From contig JAQUSB010000005.1 in assembly GCA_028715345.1 (NCBI GenBank), positions 10,042 to 74,041 on the forward strand: a DNA stretch of 64,000 nucleotides, in the 5' to 3' direction. The notes under the pieces are model-generated. The model saw nothing but the letters and a program-made list of their open reading frames with translations. It was not told where the DNA came from and searched no databases. Of the stretch, positions 1-8,287 are shown in pieces. The position numbers and the translations under genes were made by a program. Position 1 is the first letter of the stretch. Each line of letters begins with the position of its first letter. Origin of the DNA: Candidatus Omnitrophota bacterium. GTDB taxonomy: Bacteria; Omnitrophota; Gorgyraeia; 2-01-FULL-45-10.

Positions 1-504
1 AATGCGGCTACAGCCATAGGGGTGGCCGAGGCGCTGAAATTCCACGATATCGAAATAGGCCCCGACGCCGTAAGGCGCGGGATCAAAAACGCCGAATGGC
101 CGGGCAGGCTTGAGGTCGTTTCGAAAAACCCGCGCATTATCCTAGACGGCGCGCAGAACCGCGCCAGCGCGAAGGCGCTTGCCCTGTCAGTAAAGCGTAT
201 ATTCGAATACGATAAGCTCATCTTAGTATTCGGGGTTTCGAAAGACAAAGATATTAAGGGCATCCTCGACGAGCTTCTGCCTCAGGCCGATATGGCTATA
301 CTTACAAAAGCTAAGATCGTCGAAAGGGCCGCCGACCCGGGAAAAATAAAAGAATTGATGCCGCAAGGCGAAAATATCCATTTAACGGATAACGTAAAAG
401 AGGCTGTCGAAAAGGCAAAAAGCATGGCGGGCGCTAAAGACATTATTTTAATTACAGGTTCGTTATTTGTGGTGGGGGAAGCGAGACAGATTATTTATGG
501 TTAG
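1..504 (+). CDS. folC: Folylpolyglutamate synthase/dihydrofolate synthase FolC, C-terminal part (5' end outside window)
   Basis: Frame-1 ORF is open from nt 1. It carries the Mur-ligase C-terminal motifs 'WPGRLEVV' and 'ILDGAQN' typical of FolC. Confidence 0.6.
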   Translation, partial: NAATAIGVAEALKFHDIEIGPDAVRRGIKNAEWPGRLEVVSKNPRIILDGAQNRASAKALALSVKRIFEYDKLILVFGVSKDKDIKGILDELLPQADMAILTKAKIVERAADPGKIKELMPQGENIHLTDNVKEAVEKAKSMAGAKDIILITGSLFVVGEARQIIYG

Positions 505-1900
505 GCACAGCACGGAAGATACGATAGTCGCGATATCGACGCCGATGGGCGAGGGCGGAATAGGCATCGTGCGCTTGAGCGGAGATAAAGCGACCGGGAT
601 AGCTGATAAAATATTCAAGGCCAAAGACGGCCGGAAGCCGTCACGGTTTACCACATACACCGTCCATTACGGCCACGTTATCGATACGCGGTCAGGTTCC
701 GCGAAGGTGATCGACGAGGTCCTGTTGACGGTGATGAAGGCCCCGAAGAGCTACACGAAAGAAGATATCGTCGAGATAAACTGCCACGGCGGGATACAGG
801 CGGTAAAGCGCATCATGGAGCTGGCGCTGGAATGCGGCGCGCGCATGGCGGAACCCGGCGAATTCACGAAGAGGGCTTTCCTGAACGGCCGGATCGATCT
901 TGTCCAGGCAGAGGCGGTGCTCGATGTGATAAGGGCGAAGACCGAAGGCTCTCTTAAAGTCGCCGTGGGCCAGCTTGAAGGTGAGCTTTCGAAGACCGTT
1001 AACGATATCCGTGAGGAAATTATAAATATTGCCGCCGAGATAGAGGCCTCTATAGATTTTCCCGAGGAGGAACTGGAATTATCGAAGCGGAACGAACTTG
1101 CGAATAAAATGAACGATGTCACACAAAGGCTCGGCGGCCTTGTAAAGAGTTACGATAACGGCATGATATTCAGGGAAGGGGTGCTTGCGATAATATGCGG
1201 CAAGCCCAATGTCGGCAAATCGAGCCTGATGAACCTGCTTCTGAAAAGGGACAGGGTCATAGTTTCCCCTATACCCGGCACTACACGTGACGCCGTAGAA
1301 GAGATGATAAGCTTAAACGGCATACCGATACGTTTAGTCGACACGGCGGGCATATCGGACACCAAGGACATCCTGGAAAAAGAGGGAGTGAAGAAGAGTA
1401 AAAAATATCTGAAACTGTCGGACATAGTGATCCTGATGCTCGACGCCTCCGCGCCTATAGGCAAGGCGGATAAGGACATAATCGATCTGGTCGCCGGCAA
1501 AAAGAAACTGGTCGTCCTTAATAAGACCGACCTGGCGAAAAAAGAGAATATCTGCAAATTAAAAGAAAAATTCAGGGCCGACACGGTGGTCGGTATATCC
1601 GTTAAGAATAAAAATAATATCGCCGCGCTCGAGAAAACCATACATAATATGGTGCTTGGAGGCTCGTTCGGCCAGGGCGAGGGGGCAGTCGTCAGCAATG
1701 CCCGGCACAAGGATGCACTTGACAAGGCTTACAGGTCTATGTTATCTGTAAAAAGAGAATTCGATAAGGGCGGCGGCTCTTTTGAGACGGCCGCCATAGA
1801 CCTTAAGGACGCGATATTTTATCTCGGGCTGGTAATAGGCAAATCGGTCTCGGACGACATCCTCGACAGGATATTCAGCCGGTTTTGTATAGGAAAGTAA
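497..1900 (+). CDS. mnmE: tRNA modification GTPase MnmE (TrmE)
   Basis: Has a G-domain 'GKPNVGKSSLMN' and 'DTAG', and the hallmark C-terminal 'CIGK'. Start chosen at the internal Met 'MVRHSTEDTIVAISTP'. Confidence 0.85.
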   Translation: MVRHSTEDTIVAISTPMGEGGIGIVRLSGDKATGIADKIFKAKDGRKPSRFTTYTVHYGHVIDTRSGSAKVIDEVLLTVMKAPKSYTKEDIVEINCHGGIQAVKRIMELALECGARMAEPGEFTKRAFLNGRIDLVQAEAVLDVIRAKTEGSLKVAVGQLEGELSKTVNDIREEIINIAAEIEASIDFPEEELELSKRNELANKMNDVTQRLGGLVKSYDNGMIFREGVLAIICGKPNVGKSSLMNLLLKRDRVIVSPIPGTTRDAVEEMISLNGIPIRLVDTAGISDTKDILEKEGVKKSKKYLKLSDIVILMLDASAPIGKADKDIIDLVAGKKKLVVLNKTDLAKKENICKLKEKFRADTVVGISVKNKNNIAALEKTIHNMVLGGSFGQGEGAVVSNARHKDALDKAYRSMLSVKREFDKGGGSFETAAIDLKDAIFYLGLVIGKSVSDDILDRIFSRFCIGK

Positions 1901-1920
1901 ACTTAAGAAAGAGGTTATAG

Positions 1921-2478
1921 ATGGATAAGAAGCGCATAGAGAAGGCGGTAAGGGAGATATTGTCCGCGGTCGGCGAAGATGTGAAACGTAAGGACATCGT
2001 CGATACGCCGCGCCGCGTAGCGGAAATGTACGAAGAGATACTCGGCGGCACAAATAAAGACCCGGCCAAAGAGCTTGAGGTCGTCTTCGAAAAAGACCAC
2101 GATGAGATAGTCCTCTTAAAAGGCATCCCGCTCTACTCCGTATGCGAGCACCATTTACTCCCATTTATAGGGCGCGCCCACGTGGCGTACATACCCAGCA
2201 ATAACAAAGTTACGGGCTTAAGCAAACTCGCCAGGGTCGTTGATGCTTTCTCCAAAAGGCTGCAGGTCCAGGAACGCCTCACTACGGATATCGCCGATCT
2301 TATTATGCGGAAACTCTCGCCCAAGGGCGTGCTGGTCGTGATAGAAGCCGAACATCTCTGCATGTCGATGAGGGGAGTGAAGAAACCGGGGGTTTTGACG
2401 GTCACCAGCGCCGTCAGGGGCGTCTTCCGCCAGAACGAGAAGACGCGCGCCGAGGCGATGGCCCTTATAAGAGGCTAA
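1921..2478 (+). CDS. folE: GTP cyclohydrolase I
   Basis: Classic FolE motif '[25 protein letters not shown]'. An RBS 'aagaaagagg' lies upstream. Confidence 0.9.
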   Translation: MDKKRIEKAVREILSAVGEDVKRKDIVDTPRRVAEMYEEILGGTNKDPAKELEVVFEKDHDEIVLLKGIPLYSVCEHHLLPFIGRAHVAYIPSNNKVTGLSKLARVVDAFSKRLQVQERLTTDIADLIMRKLSPKGVLVVIEAEHLCMSMRGVKKPGVLTVTSAVRGVFRQNEKTRAEAMALIRG

Positions 2479-2490
2479 CTCAGCTAACTC

Positions 2491-2531
2491 AGTAGCGCAC
2501 CCTTAAGGGTGCGCTACTTTTGTGGATAATT
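2491..2531. repeat. REP-like palindromic element copy 1
   Basis: Sequence AGTAGCGCACCCTTAAGGGTGCGCTACT plus TTTGTGGATAA tail. It sits between convergent genes, and the same family recurs at 21060, 27187, 31231, 31768 and 47348. Confidence 0.8.
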
Positions 2532-3075
2532 AATCAGAAGGCTTGCCGAAACACTTCCATACAAAATTCGACGCGATCTTATTCGAAATGAGCGGTATAC
2601 TGTCCTCGGCGCTCATCTTTTCTTTTATGTGCGGATTGAGCAGTTCTTTCCAGACAAGTTCACCCGTATCGGTTTTTATTACGGCGAATTCGACTGCCAT
2701 CTCCGCGTAATTCATAGTCGCCGATGCCGCCATGTCCAGAAGGGTAGTGCCTAACCCCGGAGTGGGTTTGATGGGGCCTCTTTCCATGTACATGAATTTT
2801 TTAATGACCGAATAGATCTGGACGTCGCTTTCTTGCGGGGTCTTAGCCAGCTCGAATTTCACCGATTTACGGTTCAAGAGCGCCGATTCCAGAGCTTTTT
2901 TAAAGTCTATCTTTACGATCTTATTTTGCCCGGATCGATTTTCCGGTTCCCCGACATATACTTTAATGGAGCCTTTATCCTGCCCTATACGCCATAGCCC
3001 TCCTTCAGCCGTTGCCGCCGTTTGGCCCAGTGCGAGGGAAGCGATAACCGCAAAAAACAGCAACTTCTTTGCCAT
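2530..3075 (-). CDS. hypothetical secreted protein (signal peptide)
   Basis: 181-aa ORF with an N-terminal signal-like 'MAKKLLFFAVIASLALGQTAATA'. No recognisable catalytic motif. Confidence 0.5.
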   Translation of the reverse strand: MAKKLLFFAVIASLALGQTAATAEGGLWRIGQDKGSIKVYVGEPENRSGQNKIVKIDFKKALESALLNRKSVKFELAKTPQESDVQIYSVIKKFMYMERGPIKPTPGLGTTLLDMAASATMNYAEMAVEFAVIKTDTGELVWKELLNPHIKEKMSAEDSIPLISNKIASNFVWKCFGKPSD

Positions 3076-3096
3076 ATATGCTCCTTTCTTTTATCG

Positions 3097-3125
3097 TTGA
3101 ATTTCGGGAACCCTTATATTATAAT
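3097..3125 (+). promoter_or_regulatory. sigma70-like promoter TTGAAT-N17-TATAAT
   Basis: Hexamers lie 27 nt upstream of the 3152 start codon in the divergent intergenic region. Confidence 0.35.
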
Positions 3126-3151
3126 ATCCGCTAAATACATAAGCAAGGTAT

Positions 3152-3598
3152 ATGAACTATTTCGTAGAATTCAGTAAAAATTATATATTCTGGGCGTCTG
3201 CCGCCTCCTGGATAATAGCGCAGAGCATAAAGGTCGCGCTCGGCGTATTCAGGGAGAAGCGGTTCAATTTCCGCTGGTTCATAGGCACCGGCGGGATGCC
3301 GAGTTCCCATGCCGCCGGGGTTTCCGCCCTTGCCACATCGATCGGGGTCACCTACGGTTTCGATTCGGCGCTGTTCGCCATATCCCTGATATTCACCCTC
3401 ATAGTGATGTTCGACGCGCAGGGTGTCCGCCTTGCCACGGGCAAACAGGCGGAGATACTCAATAAGATGCTGGACGACATTTACTGGAAGAAGAAGCTGG
3501 ACGAAGATCAGCTGAAAGAACTTATAGGCCATACGCCCGTCGAGGTATTTGCCGGGGCGTTTCTGGGTATTGTGATATCATTACTGCTGTATAAATAA
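3152..3598 (+). CDS. divergent PAP2/DUF212 family membrane protein (YuiD-like)
   Basis: Signature 'GGMPSSHAAG' and multiple TM helices. Confidence 0.65.
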   Translation: MNYFVEFSKNYIFWASAASWIIAQSIKVALGVFREKRFNFRWFIGTGGMPSSHAAGVSALATSIGVTYGFDSALFAISLIFTLIVMFDAQGVRLATGKQAEILNKMLDDIYWKKKLDEDQLKELIGHTPVEVFAGAFLGIVISLLLYK

Positions 3599-3620
3599 AG
3601 GATAAGAAAGAAGGTACTGT

Positions 3621-4478
3621 TTGAATAAAAATGTCCTCATAATAGCTCTCATAATCGTTATGTCGGTGATCGCCGCGTTTTTAGCTTACGGGATAATCAC
3701 TCGTGCGGGCGCGCCAAAGGAAGAGGTGAGCGCGGCGGCGGAAACAAAAAGCAGCGTAGTAAAAGTGAGCGCTCGTCCCGAATCCGATTATTTAACGGAA
3801 GCTGCCGATCGCGAGAAGAAGGGAGAACTTTTAAAGGCCAAAGAGATCTATCAGGAAGTATTGGAAAAATTTCCCGGCTCCGGCAACGTATCGAAGGCCC
3901 AGGAAGCCCTGGACAATTTGAATGTGAAGATGCTCTTCTCCCCGGTCATTACTCCCGACTCTTTTTCTTACGAGATACAAAAAGGCGATACGCTGACTAA
4001 GATCGCGAAGAAATTCAACACTACTGTCGAGCTTATAATGAAAGCCAACGGCCTTAAAGACGCTAACGTAAAAGTGGGCAGGAAACTGAAGATAGCGAAA
4101 GCGAAATTCAGCATAGCGGTGGATAAATCCCAGAACATCCTGACATTGAAAGCCGACCAGGATGTATTCAAGACTTACAGGGTTTCGACAGGAAAAAACT
4201 CCTGCACTCCCGTCGGGACATTCAAAGTGACGAATAAGCTTATCGATCCTCCGTGGTATCCCTCGACAGGCGGTATGATACCCGCCAAGGACCCGAAGAA
4301 CGTCCTGGGCTCCAGGTGGATAGGCTTGTCCAAGCAGGGCTACGGCATACACGGCACCGTAGAGCCCGAATCTATAGGTAAGAGCGTCACCGAAGGCTGC
4401 GTCAGGATGAGAAATGCCGAAGTGGAAGAATTATACTCGATAATACCCGTCGGGACCGAAGTGGTCATCGTAGATTGA
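3621..4478 (+). CDS. L,D-transpeptidase (YkuD) with LysM domain
   Basis: TTG start with upstream RBS and an N-terminal TM. LysM segment is '[16 protein letters not shown]...GRKLKI'. YkuD catalytic 'HGT...EGCVRM' is present. Confidence 0.75.
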   Translation: MNKNVLIIALIIVMSVIAAFLAYGIITRAGAPKEEVSAAAETKSSVVKVSARPESDYLTEAADREKKGELLKAKEIYQEVLEKFPGSGNVSKAQEALDNLNVKMLFSPVITPDSFSYEIQKGDTLTKIAKKFNTTVELIMKANGLKDANVKVGRKLKIAKAKFSIAVDKSQNILTLKADQDVFKTYRVSTGKNSCTPVGTFKVTNKLIDPPWYPSTGGMIPAKDPKNVLGSRWIGLSKQGYGIHGTVEPESIGKSVTEGCVRMRNAEVEELYSIIPVGTEVVIVD

Positions 4479-4506
4479 TCCCGTAACTAAAAAAAGAAAG
4501 TCCGAT

Positions 4507-5475
4507 ATGGCTACACGTCATATACCCGGCCTCGATTTCGAGAGGCCTATAATGGAGCTGGAGCGGAAGATAGAGGAGCTCAAAGGCTTCACTTCCCATA
4601 AGGATATCGATATATCCGGAGAGGTGACGCGGCTAGAAGCGAAGCTCGCCCATATAAAGAAAGACGTTTACGATAATCTCACGCCATGGCAGAGAGTGCA
4701 GTTGGCCAGGCACCCCAAAAGGCCTTATACCCTCGATTATATAGAATTGATGATGACCGACTTTATCGAGATACACGGCGACCGCCATTTTGCCGACGAT
4801 AAAGCAATGATATGCGGGTTCGCGAAAATTAACGGAGACAAGGTCGTCGTTATCGGCCATCAGAAGGGCAAAGACACCAAAGAGAACCTGGAGAGGAACT
4901 TCGGCAGCGCCCATCCCGAAGGTTACCGTAAGGCGATGCGCGTAATGAAGATGGCGGAGAAATTCGATGTGCCCGTCGTGGTTTTCATAGATACTCCCGG
5001 CGCTTATCCGGGGATAGGGGCCGAAGAGAGGGGCCAGGCCGAAGCCATCGCGTTCAATCTGCGCGAAATGACAGACCTCAAGACGCCGGTGATAGTGTTC
5101 GTGATAGGCGAAGGCGGGTCCGGCGGCGCCCTGGGAGTGGGGGTCGGAGATAAGGTTTATGTCCTCGAGAACGCGTACTATTCCGTCATCTCGCCCGAGG
5201 GTTGCGCTGCGATATTGTGGAAAGAGCGCTCGCGTTCACCCGATGCCGCGGCGGCGCTCAAACTTACCGCGAAAGACCTATTCGATATGGGCGTTATCGA
5301 CGGTATAGTGAAAGAGCCATTAGGCGGCGCGCACAGGAACCCGAAAGAGGTGGCGGAAAATATCAAAAAGATAATAAAAAAGGATATAGCGGCGTTAAAG
5401 GATGTGCCGAAAGACAAGCTCATAGAAGCCCGCTATAATAAGGTCAGGGCGATAGGCATATTCAAGGAGCCGTAA
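4507..5475 (+). CDS. accA: acetyl-CoA carboxylase carboxyltransferase subunit alpha
   Basis: '[17 protein letters not shown]' and 'GGSGGALG' are typical AccA. Confidence 0.9.
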   Translation: MATRHIPGLDFERPIMELERKIEELKGFTSHKDIDISGEVTRLEAKLAHIKKDVYDNLTPWQRVQLARHPKRPYTLDYIELMMTDFIEIHGDRHFADDKAMICGFAKINGDKVVVIGHQKGKDTKENLERNFGSAHPEGYRKAMRVMKMAEKFDVPVVVFIDTPGAYPGIGAEERGQAEAIAFNLREMTDLKTPVIVFVIGEGGSGGALGVGVGDKVYVLENAYYSVISPEGCAAILWKERSRSPDAAAALKLTAKDLFDMGVIDGIVKEPLGGAHRNPKEVAENIKKIIKKDIAALKDVPKDKLIEARYNKVRAIGIFKEP

Positions 5476-5504
5476 TTTTGGGAAAAGATCGATGGTTAAA
5501 CTAA

Positions 5505-5541
5505 GCCGGCAGATATGACAATATGCCGGCTTTATTTTTTG
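5505..5541 (+). terminator. rho-independent terminator after accA
   Basis: GCCGGCA-loop-TGCCGGC hairpin followed by a T-run. Confidence 0.5.
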
Positions 5542-5556
5542 ACAATAGGGGGTGTT

Positions 5557-6084
5557 ATGAAACGTTATAAGTTCTTATCGATGATCATGGTCCTCGGATC
5601 CCTGGCAGGCTGCTGCGCCCATTCCGATAGCGGCACCTGCGAAAAAAAGAGCGTGGTCGCGAAGGTGAACGGCTACGAGCTGACCGAGAGCGATTTCCTG
5701 AACGAGGTAACGCTTATTTCGCCGAAGATCTACCAGTCCGCGGATAAAGAAAAAGCGAAAGAGCGCGCGCTGAACGAGCTCATAACCAAAAAAGTGCTCC
5801 TGCAGGAAGCCCAGAGATCTAATTTCGATAAAGACCGGAAATTCATGAGGGAGATCGAAAGGTATTGGGAGCAGGCCCTGCTTAAACTTTTGATGAAGAA
5901 GAAGATCGACGAATTCTCCAAGGCCATCTCCCCGGAGGTGCCTTTCGAAACACGGCAGCAGATATTGCGCGCGGAGATAAGTAAGTGGATAGCGGATGTC
6001 CGAAACGCCGCGAAAATAAAGATATATAAGGAAAACCTTGATAAAGTAGAGATCAAAGAGGGAGGCCTCGATGGAAGAGAATAA
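5557..6084 (+). CDS. SurA N-terminal-domain-like periplasmic chaperone lipoprotein
   Basis: Lipobox 'LAGC'. 'VVAKVNGYELTESDFLNEV...LNELITKKVLLQEA' resembles the SurA N-terminal domain. Start chosen at the internal Met. Confidence 0.45.
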   Translation: MKRYKFLSMIMVLGSLAGCCAHSDSGTCEKKSVVAKVNGYELTESDFLNEVTLISPKIYQSADKEKAKERALNELITKKVLLQEAQRSNFDKDRKFMREIERYWEQALLKLLMKKKIDEFSKAISPEVPFETRQQILRAEISKWIADVRNAAKIKIYKENLDKVEIKEGGLDGRE

Positions 6085-6619
6085 GAACAGAAGAAGGAAT
6101 TATTACATCAAGAAAGATTTCCAGAGAAATTTTATACTGAAGTTCTGTCTTCTCGTCCTTCTGGGCTCGGCCGTATCGGGAAGCATCATATACCTGATGT
6201 CGAAAGCCACCGTTACGACTTCATTCGAAAATCTCAGGCTTGTGATAAAGAGCACCGCCGACTACATCCTGCCGGCCGTATTATTGAGCGGGTTTGTCGT
6301 GATAATGATCACCGGAATAGCGGCCATATTCATAACGCTTTTCACCTCGCATAAGATCGCGGGCCCTCTTTACAGGATAGAGAAGGATATAAATGAGATA
6401 ACGTCCGGGAACCTGAGGCAGGAATTCAACTTAAGGCAGGGGGACGAGATCAGGCCCATAGCCGAAAGCTTAAACGAGATGGCCCATTTCCTGCGTGATG
6501 AAATAGGCGGGCTGAAGAAGGCGTTGGCCGACCTTGAGTCTGCCGGCGGCAGCCTTCCTCCCGAGGTGCGCGAAAAGATAAAAACGCTGAAAACAAAACT
6601 GGATAAGTTCAGAACGTAA
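6071..6619 (+). CDS. membrane protein with HAMP domain
   Basis: Two TM helices followed by a HAMP-like 'AGPLYRIEKDINEITSGNLRQEFNLRQGDEIRPIAESLNEM'. Confidence 0.5.
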   Translation: MEENKNRRRNYYIKKDFQRNFILKFCLLVLLGSAVSGSIIYLMSKATVTTSFENLRLVIKSTADYILPAVLLSGFVVIMITGIAAIFITLFTSHKIAGPLYRIEKDINEITSGNLRQEFNLRQGDEIRPIAESLNEMAHFLRDEIGGLKKALADLESAGGSLPPEVREKIKTLKTKLDKFRT

Positions 6620-6620
6620 T

Positions 6621-7211
6621 ATGATGAGAATTTTCGCGCCCGTATTAATAATAGCTTTTACGGTCATAAGCCCTTTTTCGATATTCGCGGCGGATGATGC
6701 GCCTATGCCGGCAGGAGGGGTTGAGCCGGAATGGGTTAAGCTTGAGACGGGGTACCTGACCGTCTATTATCTGCCGGGCGCCGACGTCGAGGCTATGGAA
6801 CGCCGCCTGAAAAGCCGCGCCACGTATTTCGACAGCGATATACCGGGCGACGCAGCCCCGTCGGAAGAAAAGATGCGCTATCAGCTCGACGCCTTATTCC
6901 GCCACGCGCAGGCGATCCTCGACATGAGGCCGGCCAATATACATGTGAATATAAGGATATTCAGGACCAGGGAGGCGCTCGAGGCCGAATACGCGAAGAT
7001 ATTTCCCGCAGGCACGCCTACGGAAGAAGACCTTAAGGCTTTTTACGTAAATAAATATAATACGATATATGTTTCCGAGGAAGACATTTCCGATTCCGTC
7101 ATAGCACATGAGATGGGCCACGCCATAGTGGACCACTATTTTGCGGTAGTCCCTCCCGAAAAGATAAGGGAGCTTCTGGCTTCCTATGTTGACTTGCATC
7201 TTGCGGAATGA
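6621..7211 (+). CDS. secreted protein with HExxH (zincin-like) motif
   Basis: Signal peptide 'MMRIFAPVLIIAFTVISPFSIFAADD' and motif 'HEMGHAIVDH'. Confidence 0.45.
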   Translation: MMRIFAPVLIIAFTVISPFSIFAADDAPMPAGGVEPEWVKLETGYLTVYYLPGADVEAMERRLKSRATYFDSDIPGDAAPSEEKMRYQLDALFRHAQAILDMRPANIHVNIRIFRTREALEAEYAKIFPAGTPTEEDLKAFYVNKYNTIYVSEEDISDSVIAHEMGHAIVDHYFAVVPPEKIRELLASYVDLHLAE

Positions 7212-7229
7212 TGCGAAAATTGCTATAAT
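7201..7229 (+). promoter_or_regulatory. extended -10 promoter (TTGCGG-N17-TGCTATAAT) for tRNA-Ala
   Basis: TGnTATAAT ends 14 nt upstream of the tRNA 5' end. Confidence 0.4.
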
Positions 7230-7243
7230 AAACGGCATTTCCC

Positions 7244-7317
7244 GGGGCTGTAGTGAAGAGGGATCACGACACAATGGCATTGTGTAATCACGAGTTCGAT
7301 TCTCGTCAGCTCCACCA
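7244..7317 (+). tRNA. tRNA-Ala (anticodon GGC), CCA encoded
   Basis: Cloverleaf folded by hand. Acceptor GGGGCUG/CAGCUCC has a G3:U70 pair, the Ala identity element. D stem is GUGA/UCAC. Anticodon stem ACACA/UGUGU carries loop AUGGCAU. T arm is ACGAG-UUCGAUU-CUCGU. Discriminator is A, followed by CCA. Confidence 0.8.
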
Positions 7318-7430
7318 ATTCCAAAAACGACTTCGCCGAGGTGGCGGAACTGGCATACGCGTCGGTCTCAAAAACCGATTTCCTCACGGATATGAGGGTT
7401 CAACTCCCTCCCTCGGCACCATCGGATAAT

Positions 7431-8279
7431 ATGCGGATCGGTCTGCACGTCTCCATAGCCGGACATATTTACGAATCGCTCGGCAGGGCGAAGGCGCTCG
7501 GCTGTAACGCGATGCAGATATTCAGCCGTAATCCCAGAGGCTGGCAGGTTACGGCACTCGATGAGGCCGACGTAAAAGAATTCAGGCGCCTTAAAGAGAA
7601 GTACGATATAAACCCGGTAGTTATCCATATACCGTATATAATAAATCTCGCGACGCCCGACGACAATTTATACGAAAGATCGATCGGCGCTTACATAGAA
7701 GACCTGAAACGCGCGGACACCCTCGGCGCAGAATATTTCGTAACGCACCTGGGCAGCCATGTGGGCAGCGGCGAGGATAACGGCATCAGGAGGTTCTCGG
7801 ACGCGCTCAGGCAGATAAGTAAAAAAGCGGACCCGAAGACGATGATACTTTTGGAAAATACCGCGGGTTCGGGCGACGGCATCGGCTATAGGTTCGAGCA
7901 TCTTAAACGTATCATAGAGGCCCAGCCCGATCCGGCGAAGATCGGCGTCTGTCTCGATACGGCGCACACTTTCGAAGCGGGTTATGATGTTAAAGATAAG
8001 GCGGGCCTTGAAAAGACGCTGAAAGATTTCGATAAATTGCTGGGGCTGGACAGGATAAAGGTAGTACATTTTAACGACAGCCTTTCACAAATAGATTCGC
8101 GCGTCGACAGGCACCAGCATATAGGTAAAGGCGAAATAGGCGGCGCGGGATTGAAGCGGATAATAAACCACCCCGGATTAAAGAACGCGGCCTTCATAAT
8201 GGAAACGCCGAAGGATACAGATAAAGACGATAAGAGAAATATGGCCATAGCTAAAAAAATGGCCGGAATAAAAAAGTAA
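7431..8279 (+). CDS. nfo: endonuclease IV (AP endonuclease family 2)
   Basis: 'HIPYIINLA', 'THLGSH', 'ILLENTAGSG', 'DTAHTFEAGYD' and 'HFNDS' match Nfo metal-binding motifs. Start at 'MRIGLHVS', downstream of the tRNA. Confidence 0.8.
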   Translation: MRIGLHVSIAGHIYESLGRAKALGCNAMQIFSRNPRGWQVTALDEADVKEFRRLKEKYDINPVVIHIPYIINLATPDDNLYERSIGAYIEDLKRADTLGAEYFVTHLGSHVGSGEDNGIRRFSDALRQISKKADPKTMILLENTAGSGDGIGYRFEHLKRIIEAQPDPAKIGVCLDTAHTFEAGYDVKDKAGLEKTLKDFDKLLGLDRIKVVHFNDSLSQIDSRVDRHQHIGKGEIGGAGLKRIINHPGLKNAAFIMETPKDTDKDDKRNMAIAKKMAGIKK

Positions 8280-8287
8280 AGGTTATC

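Noticed and set aside
7244-7317. Possible tmRNA 3' end (GAGTTCGATTCTCGTCAGCTCCACCA).
   Set aside because: The 5' partner lies only about 70 nt upstream and the whole folds as a canonical 74-nt tRNA-Ala cloverleaf. There is no tag-peptide reading frame or pseudoknot region.
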